Assembly: GCA_030619905.1 (NCBI GenBank)
Contig: JAUXAO010000004.1
Span: 203 to 64,202, forward strand
Source of the DNA: a bacterium
GTDB lineage: Bacteria; Patescibacteriota; Minisyncoccia; Minisyncoccales; CG1-02-41-26
Reading direction: 5' to 3'
Length of the DNA stretch: 64,000 nucleotides
The position numbers and the translations under genes are program-made. Positions 1-7,826 of this stretch are shown piece after piece; the stretch's first letter is position 1, and every line of letters begins with the position of its first letter. The notes under the pieces are model-generated. The model saw nothing but the letters and a program-made list of their open reading frames with translations. It made no database searches and was not told the DNA's origin.

Positions 1-2
1 GT

Positions 3-851
3 CCCTGTGGCTGTTCACCAGATAATAGTCATCAGGTAAAGATTTGCGATTGCGGACCTGATAAATGCTTTGATGGAAGCGAGTGTGTATCTTTAGATGA
101 AGTTTCAGTTCTTCTTGAAAGCCTTGAACAAGAAGCTGGGATAGATTTTTCAGAAGCACAACCAGTTGATTTTAAATGGGTAGTTAAGGTAGATCCAAAA
201 GTAGAAGAGGTGGATATATCGGGAAAAGGATTTGAAGCTACAGATATATCAAGCGAGCAGTATGACAGCATTGAGTCTTTTTTGATAGATAGAGGTTTTG
301 AAAAGGACCTTTACAATATGGCTGATGGCACTTTTGTTGGATTGAAAGGATATAAAAAAGACCAGATTGTTTGTACTGTTTCCGGAGGGTCTACTCCGCA
401 AGAACCTGATATCAATGATGTAACAGTGAAATGCGGGAAGTTAGAAATAACCATTGATGTGGGAGAACTCTCTCAGTGTGCAAAAGATGGAGAGACATTC
501 TCAAGAGTATCTGATAAACACCTTGACAAATGCTGCGAAGGATTAAAAGAATGGATACCTATACCGGATACGCGTTTTTCAATCGCAGATGTATGTTATG
601 AAGTTGGGTTACCATCGGAATCTAACATAGGACTCTGTATAAAGTGTGGGGACGGGGTTTGTGAAAACCATTTGAACTATGATGAAAATCCATGTAATTG
701 CCCAGAAGATTGTGCAGAAAAAAACAAGTCGCATTTTTCCAGTATAGAAGAATTTTGCCAGAGCAATGACTGGAAAATGTCTCTTTCCAAAGCCTGCGAA
801 GAACAAGAACCTATTAAGGGTTCTCCAATATGTGAATTATGCGCTTTTTAA
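3..851 (+). CDS. cysteine-rich secreted protein, 5' end outside window
   Basis: Frame of track ORF 210..851 stays open back to nt 3 (PCGCSPDNSHQVKICDCGPDKCFDGSECV...), so the true start is upstream of the window. Cys-rich throughout. C-terminal CGDGVCENHLNYDENPCNCPEDC module. Confidence 0.7.
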   Translation, partial: PCGCSPDNSHQVKICDCGPDKCFDGSECVSLDEVSVLLESLEQEAGIDFSEAQPVDFKWVVKVDPKVEEVDISGKGFEATDISSEQYDSIESFLIDRGFEKDLYNMADGTFVGLKGYKKDQIVCTVSGGSTPQEPDINDVTVKCGKLEITIDVGELSQCAKDGETFSRVSDKHLDKCCEGLKEWIPIPDTRFSIADVCYEVGLPSESNIGLCIKCGDGVCENHLNYDENPCNCPEDCAEKNKSHFSSIEEFCQSNDWKMSLSKACEEQEPIKGSPICELCAF

Positions 852-971
852 AGAAATAGTGAACAGCAGGATGGGACCTTTTGGAAAATCGAACGATTTT
901 CGAGATCGAGACGGGTTCGAATACTAGCGCCGGAGCAGGCTAGTGCTCGGTTCGAGAGACCGAGAGGCATT

Positions 972-998
972 AAAAATCGCCAAGAAGGCGGTTTTTTT
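972..998 (+). terminator. intrinsic terminator (AAAAATCGCC-AAGAA-GGCGGTTTTTTT)
   Basis: GC-cored hairpin with AAGAA loop followed by a T7 run. The same module recurs at 5874..5899 and in degenerate form at 3203..3224, 5419..5440 and 9657..9679. Confidence 0.7.
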
Positions 999-1072
999 GT
1001 CACCTTTCTTTCTCTCCATCGTTATATTAAGTAGAAAGGTCGTTAAGATATATAATTAATTATTAAAAGAAT

Positions 1073-1654
1073 ATGTTAAAGCCAATTACTACCGTTATTA
1101 TTTCATTGCTTATTGTTGTCGGTGTAAGCTACGGAGCAAGCCATTATATCACTGCTCCAGCAGCAGAAAACGCAAAAGACGCCGGCATTCAAACAATAGA
1201 AAAGGAGGTTGGCGGGGACTTTGAAATAGTTTTGGAGGCCAATCCCACTACCGGCTATCAGTGGACAGTGGAGTTTGATGAAGGGCTTATTGAATTGGTT
1301 GACAGAAACTATATTGTTCAGGAGCCAACCCTTTCAAAAGATGCAATGGGTGAATCTGTTATGGCTCCCAGAGGTGGAGAAATTCAGACCGAGGATTTTC
1401 CCGATGGTGCAAGAGACATTATTGACAGCAATCAGGTTCGAGAACAATGGGCACAGGATCAAATTGATGAAGGAGTTATAGGAATTGAGAACCCGGAAGA
1501 GTCAGAAATGGAGGTTCCGGTTGGTGCCGGAGGGCAGGAATCTTTCAAATTCCTTACTCTGAAAAAAGGAGAGACAGAAATAAAGTTTTCTTACGAGAGA
1601 TCCTGGGAGGAGGAACCGATTGAAACCCTGACCTACAGAGTGGTAATTAAGTAG
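1073..1654 (+). CDS. chagasin-family (I42) cysteine-peptidase inhibitor-like protein with N-terminal membrane anchor
   Basis: LEANPTTGYQWTVEF matches the NPTTG[YF]xW loop motif of the chagasin/ICP family. Hydrophobic N-terminus. AAAGGTCG leader motif at 1035. Confidence 0.75.
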   Translation: MLKPITTVIISLLIVVGVSYGASHYITAPAAENAKDAGIQTIEKEVGGDFEIVLEANPTTGYQWTVEFDEGLIELVDRNYIVQEPTLSKDAMGESVMAPRGGEIQTEDFPDGARDIIDSNQVREQWAQDQIDEGVIGIENPEESEMEVPVGAGGQESFKFLTLKKGETEIKFSYERSWEEEPIETLTYRVVIK

Positions 1655-1660
1655 GATTGC

Positions 1661-1690
1661 AAAAAGCAGGGCCAAGAGCCCTGCTTTTTG
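1661..1690 (+). terminator. intrinsic terminator
   Basis: AAAAAGCAGGG-CCAAGAG-CCCTGCTTTTT perfect hairpin plus T-run directly after the 1654 stop. Confidence 0.8.
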
Positions 1691-1700
1691 CTCTGAGATC

Positions 1701-1709
1701 GTGTAGAAT
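1701..1709 (+). promoter_or_regulatory. -10 box (GTGTAGAAT) placed 6 nt before the ATG, predicting a leaderless sigma-factor mRNA
   Basis: TAGAAT at 1704..1709. The A of the ATG at 1716 is the 7th nt downstream. No SD. Confidence 0.5.
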
Positions 1710-1715
1710 ATACTA

Positions 1716-2258
1716 ATGGAACAGGAAATCATTGAACAATGCAAAAAAGGAAACCTGAAGGAGTTTGAAAAACTCTACGATAGTTATTTTAAGAAAATAT
1801 ACAGGTTCATTTACTACAGAACCGGGCACAAAGAAACAGCAGAAGATATTACCAGCCAGACCTTTATTAAGGCCCTAGAGAAGATTCAAGGATTTGACCT
1901 CGGCAGAGGAACCTTTTCTGCCTGGATTTACTGCATTGCCCGAAATAAAGTAATTGATCATTATCGAACCAGAAAAAGCGAGCTTGATATTTCTGGAGTT
2001 TGGGGCTTGGGCAAAGATCCCAACCCGGATATTGAGGCCAGAGACAGGTTAAGGGAAGCGGAGAATTATCTGAAAAAGATTAAAAAAGACCAGAGAGAGA
2101 TTGTCTTGATGAGGGTTTGGGACGGCTTGTCTTACAAAGAGATTGCTGAAATTACGGGAAAGAACGAGGCAAACTGCAAGATGATTTTCTCCAGGACCAT
2201 AGGAAAACTCAAAGAAGAAATAGTTTTATTATTAATCCTATTAAGCATCTATGGATAA
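1716..2258 (+). CDS. ECF-type RNA polymerase sigma-70 family factor
   Basis: Region 2 (YRFIYYRTGHKETAEDITSQTFIKALE) and region 4 HTH (LSYKEIAEITGKNEANCKMIFSRTIGKLK). Size about 180 aa. Confidence 0.9.
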   Translation: MEQEIIEQCKKGNLKEFEKLYDSYFKKIYRFIYYRTGHKETAEDITSQTFIKALEKIQGFDLGRGTFSAWIYCIARNKVIDHYRTRKSELDISGVWGLGKDPNPDIEARDRLREAENYLKKIKKDQREIVLMRVWDGLSYKEIAEITGKNEANCKMIFSRTIGKLKEEIVLLLILLSIYG

Positions 2259-2847
2259 AAGAGTTAAAGAAATCTTAGAAGATCTCTATCTCATAGACAG
2301 GAGCTTGAGAAAGCACCAAAATGAGCTGGAGAAGCTAATTGAAAAGCTTTTAATGGCAAAACCCGATGTTGAGATTGACGAAGTCTTCAAAGCAAAACTA
2401 AGAGCTGAATTATTAGACAGGGTAGCTGAGTTAAAAGCCAAAAAAGCCTTATTTTGGAATTTCTTTAATTTCCAAAAGTTTTCTTACGTCCATGTCTTAA
2501 GCTTATTTCTTCTTTGTGCTCTTTTGATTGTTCCTGTTGTTTATTATTTGAACAGACCGGCGCCAGCAGAAGAGCCACCCATGCTTGCCAATCCAGCTTC
2601 GGTTTTTTGCGAAGAGCAGGGAGGCGTTTTAGAACATAGAATGGTTGAGGCGGGGCAGAAGGGATTTTGCATATTTGAAGACGGCTCAGAGTGCGGCCAG
2701 TGGGACTTTTTCCGGGGAGAATGCCAGAAAGGAGAAAGATTCTGCAAGGACATGTGCGGTGACGGCATATGCCAGGAGTTTGTCTGCATGGCTCTTGGCT
2801 GTCCTTGTCCTGAGACAAAAGAAACTTGTCCGGAAGACTGCAAATAA
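2251..2847 (+). CDS. membrane protein coupled to the ECF sigma (anti-sigma-like), with extracytoplasmic DUF333-like domain and Cys-rich tail
   Basis: 8-nt overlap with the sigma gene. Cytoplasmic helical N-term, one TM (VHVLSLFLLCALLIVPVVYYL), then NPASVFCEEQGGVLEH...GFCIFEDGSECGQWDFFRGEC (DUF333 pattern) and CGDGICQEF...CPCPETKETCPEDC. Confidence 0.75.
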   Translation: MDKRVKEILEDLYLIDRSLRKHQNELEKLIEKLLMAKPDVEIDEVFKAKLRAELLDRVAELKAKKALFWNFFNFQKFSYVHVLSLFLLCALLIVPVVYYLNRPAPAEEPPMLANPASVFCEEQGGVLEHRMVEAGQKGFCIFEDGSECGQWDFFRGECQKGERFCKDMCGDGICQEFVCMALGCPCPETKETCPEDCK

Positions 2848-2865
2848 ATAATATCTGCAGTTTTT

Positions 2866-2874
2866 TGGTATAAT
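2866..2874 (+). promoter_or_regulatory. extended -10 promoter TGGTATAAT
   Basis: T-tract plus TGgTATAAT, followed 8 nt later by the AAAGGTCA motif and then ORF 2915. Confidence 0.55.
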
Positions 2875-2914
2875 AAGAATGAAAGGTCAAAATTAATAAT
2901 TTAATAATTATTTT

Positions 2915-3058
2915 ATGATGCAAAAAAATTGGATGCTAGGATTTTTTGGGTTCATGGCAGTAAGAGAGATACAAGGACTTTTAGCTGGAAATTATTTAGA
3001 AGCTATTTGGCTTATTTGGCTTGTGTGGTTTATTTATTTTATACCTAAGAAATCATAA
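2915..3058 (+). CDS. small hydrophobic protein (47 aa), below the ORF-track cutoff
   Basis: ATG 2915 to TAA 3056..3058 gives MMQKNWMLGFFGFMAVREIQGLLAGNYLEAIWLIWLVWFIYFIPKKS. It has its own TGgTATAAT promoter and the AAAGGTCA leader motif 31 nt upstream, as neighbouring genes do. Confidence 0.55.
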   Translation: MMQKNWMLGFFGFMAVREIQGLLAGNYLEAIWLIWLVWFIYFIPKKS

Positions 3059-3061
3059 AAT

Positions 3062-3232
3062 AGATTCTAACATCGCCTAGTCAAAACAGGTATCTCAAAA
3101 TACTCTTTTGTGGTTATAAAATAGGTTCAAACGTCGTCTGCTTCCTGGAGTTTTTGAAGCCCGAGATTAGATTCTCGGGTTTTACATTTATCACACAAAA
3201 AATTCGCCAAGAAGGCAGTTTTTTGGTAGAAT
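3062..3232 (+). repeat. intergenic repeat element, copy A (GATTCTAACATCGCC ... GGTATCTCAAAATACTCTTTTGTGGTTATAAAATAGGTTCAAACGTCGTC ... terminators ... TGgTAGAAT)
   Basis: Near-identical 50-nt block shared with 5336..5387. Good hairpin CCCGAGA-TTAGAT-TCTCGGG plus TTTT at 3160..3183. Degenerate CGCCAAGAAGGCAG-T6 module. Ends in the extended -10 at 3224..3232. Confidence 0.7.
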
Positions 3233-3238
3233 GAAAGA

Positions 3239-3508
3239 ATGGAAGAAAAAATTAAGAAACAAAAAAGAAATCCTTTACCGATAAGGCTTCAGATGGCTAT
3301 CATCACAGCAACTTCGTTTTTTATTGCTTTTTCAGTGATAAAATACATTCGGCGAGGCCAATTCGATCTAATAGAAACATTGATTGGTGCTTTAATATTT
3401 TTTGTTGTTTTTTATCTCCTATCGCAAGTGTTTTACAAAAGAAGACTGAAGAAACAAGAAAAAGAGATGGCTGACAAAGATAAAGAAGTTGAGGTAAAAC
3501 AAAAGTAG
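3239..3508 (+). CDS. small membrane protein (89 aa)
   Basis: Two hydrophobic helices and a Lys/Glu-rich tail. The ATG lies 6 nt after TAGAAT (predicted leaderless). Confidence 0.6.
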   Translation: MEEKIKKQKRNPLPIRLQMAIITATSFFIAFSVIKYIRRGQFDLIETLIGALIFFVVFYLLSQVFYKRRLKKQEKEMADKDKEVEVKQK

Positions 3509-3519
3509 AAATAACTAAT

Positions 3520-3768
3520 ATGAAATTATCTATTGACGCAAAACTTGGTATTTTAACCGTAATTTGTCAATTGGCTATTCTTGTCGTGTGTAAAAATATC
3601 CTTCATATCCAAACGAACCTTCTAACAGGTTACGGACCCATTTTCGTATTTTTGATATATGTATTTTCAAAAGATCAAATGAAAGAATCGGATCGGAATC
3701 CTTTATATTGGGGTGCGGCAATAATATTTGTAACCTTAGCCTTAATAATATTGTATGCGTTTTTCTAA
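3520..3768 (+). CDS. small membrane protein (82 aa)
   Basis: Three hydrophobic segments. Tightly follows 3239..3508. Confidence 0.55.
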   Translation: MKLSIDAKLGILTVICQLAILVVCKNILHIQTNLLTGYGPIFVFLIYVFSKDQMKESDRNPLYWGAAIIFVTLALIILYAFF

Positions 3769-3835
3769 TTTTGATAGAGTAGAAGAAATGAAGTAAAATT
3801 AAAGTAGAAAACTATTAAACAAGCGAAAAACAAAA

Positions 3836-4570
3836 ATGACAAACAAAACACAAAAACTAATAGGCATAAAGGATCTATTGCGAAATTCTTGGAATATCTA
3901 TAAAAAGGATTTCAAGAAGTTTTTAGTAATTGCGGTTATCTTTTTTGGAATCACCAGTTTAATGATGACCTTTATCGGCCTGGAAATTCCTCAAATTCCC
4001 GAAGCGAAAGTCCAGCCTGCGCCTACTCCTACTTTTACTTTTATGCCCACCAGAGCTGAACCACTTTTTACTGTGCCCTGGTATTTGTTCTTCCTTATTA
4101 TTTTAACTACTTTCTTCATTAGTATCTGGGGAAATGCTTCTCTTATCTCTGCGATTAAAGAAGTTCCTAAAGATTGGAAAGTTAAGAGTGCACTTAAAGA
4201 AGGTTGGTCTAAATATTGGCCTTTCTTTTTGGTTTCTCTATTAACTGGGCTGGTCGTTGGGTTGGGATTTCTGCTTTTAATAATTCCCGGTGTTATTTTT
4301 GCTGTCTGGTTTGTTTTTTCTGCTTACATAGTCATCTGCGAAGACAAAAGAGGATTTAAAGCCCTTTCCAGAAGCAGACAATTAGTTAAAGGATACTGGT
4401 GGCCGACAGCCAAGCGAGTTTATGCTGTAATGATTATTGTCATTCCTCTTTCTCTGGGCGCCCAATTTATTCCTTATCTTGGTCAGTTTGCCTATCTGAT
4501 TCTCTTTACTCCATTTTTTATAATTTACAACTATCTCATCTACCAAAATCTTAAAGAAATAAAAGGTTAA
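3836..4570 (+). CDS. polytopic membrane protein
   Basis: 244-aa ORF with several long hydrophobic helices. Abuts the next gene (stop TAA then ATG). Confidence 0.65.
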   Translation: MTNKTQKLIGIKDLLRNSWNIYKKDFKKFLVIAVIFFGITSLMMTFIGLEIPQIPEAKVQPAPTPTFTFMPTRAEPLFTVPWYLFFLIILTTFFISIWGNASLISAIKEVPKDWKVKSALKEGWSKYWPFFLVSLLTGLVVGLGFLLLIIPGVIFAVWFVFSAYIVICEDKRGFKALSRSRQLVKGYWWPTAKRVYAVMIIVIPLSLGAQFIPYLGQFAYLILFTPFFIIYNYLIYQNLKEIKG

Positions 4571-5272
4571 ATGACCAGAAATAAAAAAATCATTATTGTC
4601 TTATTTGCTATTGTAATTTTATTAAGTAGTGTATGGTTATTGTTAGATTCTCACACTAAATGCAAATTGATTTACGGAAAGAATATCTGCAATTTTTATG
4701 AAATGATGGATACTGTAAACCACAATCCCGAAAGTTCCGATTTTGAAAAGGCAGTGGAATTGTGCCGAGAAATGGAAGATGTTCCTAAAAAAGATAGCTG
4801 TTTTGAATATATCGCCCAAGTGGTTTCTTTTTATGATATAGAGAAAGCAAAAGAGGCGTGCGGTGAAATTAGAGAATTTGACGGAGTTCATAGTAGGGAA
4901 GATTGCTATAGCATGGTTGAAAAATCAATTGAAGAAAGATTAGCTGAATCTGCGGTTATTGCCTTTATGGAAGCTCGCATACAAAGGAATGAAGAGATGG
5001 CTCTTCCTTGGCTCACAGATAATGCTGAGGGGCAGTATCTTTTACGAAGCGATTTGCCTTTAACTGGGCTTTCAAATCCTCATTTTGCTGATTTTGAGGT
5101 TTTAGAGAGAGAAAAATTGGATGACGCCCAATTTAAATTCAGAGTAAGAATTTACGAAGAATATACTGGACAGGGCAGGGTAGGATATTTTGACGAAACC
5201 TTGATTGTAATAAAAAGCGAAGATAATTATCTAATAGATTCCTTTGAGCGAAGCGAATATACCAATCTCTAA
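4571..5272 (+). CDS. hypothetical protein with N-terminal membrane anchor
   Basis: 233-aa ORF. N-terminal TM (IIIVLFAIVILLSSVWLLL). No recognisable family. Confidence 0.6.
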   Translation: MTRNKKIIIVLFAIVILLSSVWLLLDSHTKCKLIYGKNICNFYEMMDTVNHNPESSDFEKAVELCREMEDVPKKDSCFEYIAQVVSFYDIEKAKEACGEIREFDGVHSREDCYSMVEKSIEERLAESAVIAFMEARIQRNEEMALPWLTDNAEGQYLLRSDLPLTGLSNPHFADFEVLEREKLDDAQFKFRVRIYEEYTGQGRVGYFDETLIVIKSEDNYLIDSFERSEYTNL

Positions 5273-5296
5273 ATTAGGATTAGTAACTCATTAGAC

Positions 5297-5448
5297 AGGT
5301 TCTAACATCGTCCAACCTTAGGGCTAATTAAAACCGGTATCTCAAAATGCTCTTTTGTGGTCATAAAATAGGTTCGAACGTCGTCCCACTTGCGGAGCTC
5401 CGATTTTTCAGCCGCCGTCTCGCCAAGGAGGCAGTTTTTTGGTAAGAT
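5297..5448 (+). repeat. intergenic repeat element, copy B
   Basis: AGGTTCTAACATCGTCC (5297..5313), 50-nt block 5336..5387 (3 mismatches to copy A by eye), internal second unit AGGTTCGAACGTCGTCCC, degenerate CGCCAAGGAGGCAG-T6, then a duplicated TGGTAAGAT box. Confidence 0.7.
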
Positions 5449-5466
5449 TTGGTAAGATAAGATAAA

Positions 5467-5826
5467 ATGAACAAAGAAGTTAATAATTATATAAAAAAAC
5501 AAAAATCTCCCCAGAAAGAAATTTGTCAGAGATTAAGGAAGATTATTTTGAAGACGCTTCCTGATATTAAAGAGGAGTTAAAGTGGGGGACACCGTGGTA
5601 TGAAGGAAAGTATTATATTGTTGCGCTCAGAGACCACGTGAATATGGGATTTACTCTTGGGGGGTTATTGAAAAAATCTGAAAAGCTATTAGAAGGAACT
5701 GGGGAATATATGAGACATATTAAGATTTATTCTTTGAAAGATATTGATGAGAAGAAGATTATAAAGTTAGTGAAAATGACAACGAAAGATGTTTATGATT
5801 ATAGAAAAAGAAGAAAAAATAAATAA
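5467..5826 (+). CDS. DUF1801 (YdhG-like) domain protein
   Basis: ICQRLRKIILKTLPDIKEELKWGTPWYEGKYYIVALRDHVNMGF is the typical YdhG/DUF1801 pattern. Confidence 0.7.
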   Translation: MNKEVNNYIKKQKSPQKEICQRLRKIILKTLPDIKEELKWGTPWYEGKYYIVALRDHVNMGFTLGGLLKKSEKLLEGTGEYMRHIKIYSLKDIDEKKIIKLVKMTTKDVYDYRKRRKNK

Positions 5827-5840
5827 TTATCTCACTAAAC

Positions 5841-5899
5841 AGGTTCTAACATTGTCCGTTCCTCGGATCCGAGAAAAATCGCCAAGAAGGCGATTTTTT
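5841..5899 (+). repeat. intergenic repeat element, short copy C, including a perfect terminator
   Basis: AGGTTCTAACATTGTCC (5841..5857), palindrome CTCGGATCCGAG, then a 10-bp hairpin AAAAATCGCC-AAGAA-GGCGATTTTT (5874..5899) running into TGaTAAGAT. Confidence 0.7.
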
Positions 5900-5916
5900 G
5901 ATAAGATAAGATATAT

Positions 5917-6903
5917 ATGAGTAGAAAAAAAGCTAAAAAATTAATAATCAAAACAAAGTTAGAAATAATCCCAACCACCCCTTTTCACTTTGATTCAACA
6001 ATTTATAAACCTGGCCATTTTTCTACTACTGATACGGAATGGATAGCTGGTAAGCGTTGGCAAACAACGCTATGGCAGGAAGAAACCTTAGGGCTACTTT
6101 TTGAGGATAAAGGAACATTGATGAAACCCAAGATAAATTTATATGTTTTCTCAGAAAGAAAATTAACAAAAGATTTTCTAAGAAGTGTAAGAAATGAAAT
6201 GGTTTACAGATTCAATCTTGATTTAGATTTAAAAGAATTTATAGATAGCTTTAAACATGACCTTGTCCTTAGAGCTTGCCTCAAAAAATTAAAAGGAATG
6301 AGGCCAATGACCCACGGTTCTTTATATGATTATTTAGTTATTGCCATAGTGCTTCAAAATGCCCCTGTTAGAAGAAGTGTTAGCATGATGCAATCTCTTT
6401 TTGAGAACTACGGTGTTTTATTGAGATACGATAGAAAGGAACTTTATTGTATGTGGAAACCTGAAGTCATGGCCAATGTTCCAGAAGAAGAGCTTAGAAA
6501 ATTAAAAATAGGATACAGAGCAAAGAGCCTTATTAGAGTCTCTAAACCTTTTGCCAGGGGAGAAATTAATGAAATGGAACTTAGAAAGAAATCCCCAGAA
6601 GAACAAAAGAAAATTTTGTTAGGCTTATATGGAATAGGTCCTCAATCTGTAGGATACATTATGGGCGACATATTTCACCACTGGGATTTTTTAGAACACA
6701 TTTCTCCTTGGGAAGGAAAAATTCTTTCTAAAATAATATTTGGTACAAAGATAGATAGACCTGTTTCTGAGAAAAAACTTCTTGAATTCTTTGAAAAATA
6801 CGAAAAATACAAAGCTTTAGCAGCCAATTATATTTGGGAAGATATTTTCTGGAAAAGAAAAACCCAGAAAATAGATTGGCTTGAAAAAGAAATTAGATTA
6901 TAA
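5917..6903 (+). CDS. HhH-GPD superfamily DNA glycosylase (AlkA/Ogg-like)
   Basis: Helix-hairpin-helix LLGLYGIGPQSVGYIMGD. Size and layout match base-excision glycosylases. Confidence 0.7.
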   Translation: MSRKKAKKLIIKTKLEIIPTTPFHFDSTIYKPGHFSTTDTEWIAGKRWQTTLWQEETLGLLFEDKGTLMKPKINLYVFSERKLTKDFLRSVRNEMVYRFNLDLDLKEFIDSFKHDLVLRACLKKLKGMRPMTHGSLYDYLVIAIVLQNAPVRRSVSMMQSLFENYGVLLRYDRKELYCMWKPEVMANVPEEELRKLKIGYRAKSLIRVSKPFARGEINEMELRKKSPEEQKKILLGLYGIGPQSVGYIMGDIFHHWDFLEHISPWEGKILSKIIFGTKIDRPVSEKKLLEFFEKYEKYKALAANYIWEDIFWKRKTQKIDWLEKEIRL

Positions 6904-6912
6904 TCAAAGAAT

Positions 6913-7275
6913 ATGAAATTAACTGAAAAACAATTAGATTTATTAAATCGTAGAAAGTTAGTAGTTTTGGCGACTTCAAGTTTAGATGGAAAACCGAGAG
7001 CGATTATTGTTGAAGTTAACCAGGTTAAAGATGATAAGATAATTATTACTGATAATGAGATGGAGACAACGAGAAAGAATTTATTAGAAAACAAAAATGT
7101 TTTCATTTTAGCTTTTGAAGAAGATTATCATTATGGATTAAAGATTTCAGGCGAGGCAGAGTATTATACAGAGGGTGAATACTTTGGTTTTGTAAAGAAT
7201 TTAGAAACTAATAAAGATTTTTCTCCTAAAGGAGCAGTAGTGATAACAGTAAAAGAAATAGTTGAATTTAAGTAA
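6913..7275 (+). CDS. pyridoxamine 5'-phosphate oxidase-like FMN-binding split-barrel protein
   Basis: VVLATSSLDGKPRAIIVEV...IIITDNEMETTRKNLLENKNV pattern. About 120 aa. Confidence 0.65.
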   Translation: MKLTEKQLDLLNRRKLVVLATSSLDGKPRAIIVEVNQVKDDKIIITDNEMETTRKNLLENKNVFILAFEEDYHYGLKISGEAEYYTEGEYFGFVKNLETNKDFSPKGAVVITVKEIVEFK

Positions 7276-7290
7276 TTATCCCAATTAGCC

Positions 7291-7360
7291 GGGTTCTAAC
7301 ATCCACTATTAGCCAAAGAAAAAAATTGCCAATCTATTTTTCAACGGAGGCGGTTTTTTG
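7291..7360 (+). repeat. intergenic repeat element, degenerate copy D
   Basis: GGGTTCTAACATCC flanked by direct ATTAGCC heptamers, then a degenerate hairpin plus T6 running into TGaTAGAGT. Confidence 0.5.
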
Positions 7361-7472
7361 ATAGAGTGGAATAATTTTGGTTAAGTAAGAAGAAATGGCA
7401 TTGAATTTTTGAAAATGGTATAATTAAATAATTTTTAAAGGTCGAGAGTTCTTAATTAACTTATTCTAAAGT

Positions 7473-7787
7473 ATGGAAGAAGTAACAAAGAAAGAAAAAA
7501 ATACTGGTATGGCAATTGTTGCCTATATCCTTTTCTTTATTCCCTTGTTGACTGATGCAAAAAATGACCCTTTTGTGAAATACCATGTCAAACAGGGATT
7601 AAGTCTTTTTCTGGTTGCTGTTGCGATTCGAATAATAGCTTACATTCCTATTTTCGGCTGGGCTTTAGTTTGGCCTTTAAACATTCTTCTTTTTGTCCTT
7701 TTTATTATCGGGGTTATGCATGCTCTTAATGGCGAACAAAAACCACTTCCTGTAATTGGTAAATTCGGTGAGAAGTTTAAATTTTAA
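7473..7787 (+). CDS. DUF4870-like small membrane protein
   Basis: KNTGMAIVAYILFFIPLLTDAKNDPFVKYHVKQGLSLFLV matches the DUF4870 signature. TGgTATAAT at 7416..7424 and the AAAGGTCG leader. Confidence 0.7.
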   Translation: MEEVTKKEKNTGMAIVAYILFFIPLLTDAKNDPFVKYHVKQGLSLFLVAVAIRIIAYIPIFGWALVWPLNILLFVLFIIGVMHALNGEQKPLPVIGKFGEKFKF

Positions 7788-7826
7788 AAAAGGTCGGAAA
7801 CAAAAAAATAATAATAAATTAATACT

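Noticed and set aside
2465-2923. 152-aa and 99-aa minus-strand ORFs, plus a 68-aa plus-strand ORF, overlapping the anti-sigma-like gene.
   Set aside because: The region is locally GC-richer, so spurious ORFs are longer. The sense-frame product has recognisable DUF333 and Cys-module motifs and is translationally coupled to the sigma gene. The alternatives have no signals or motifs.
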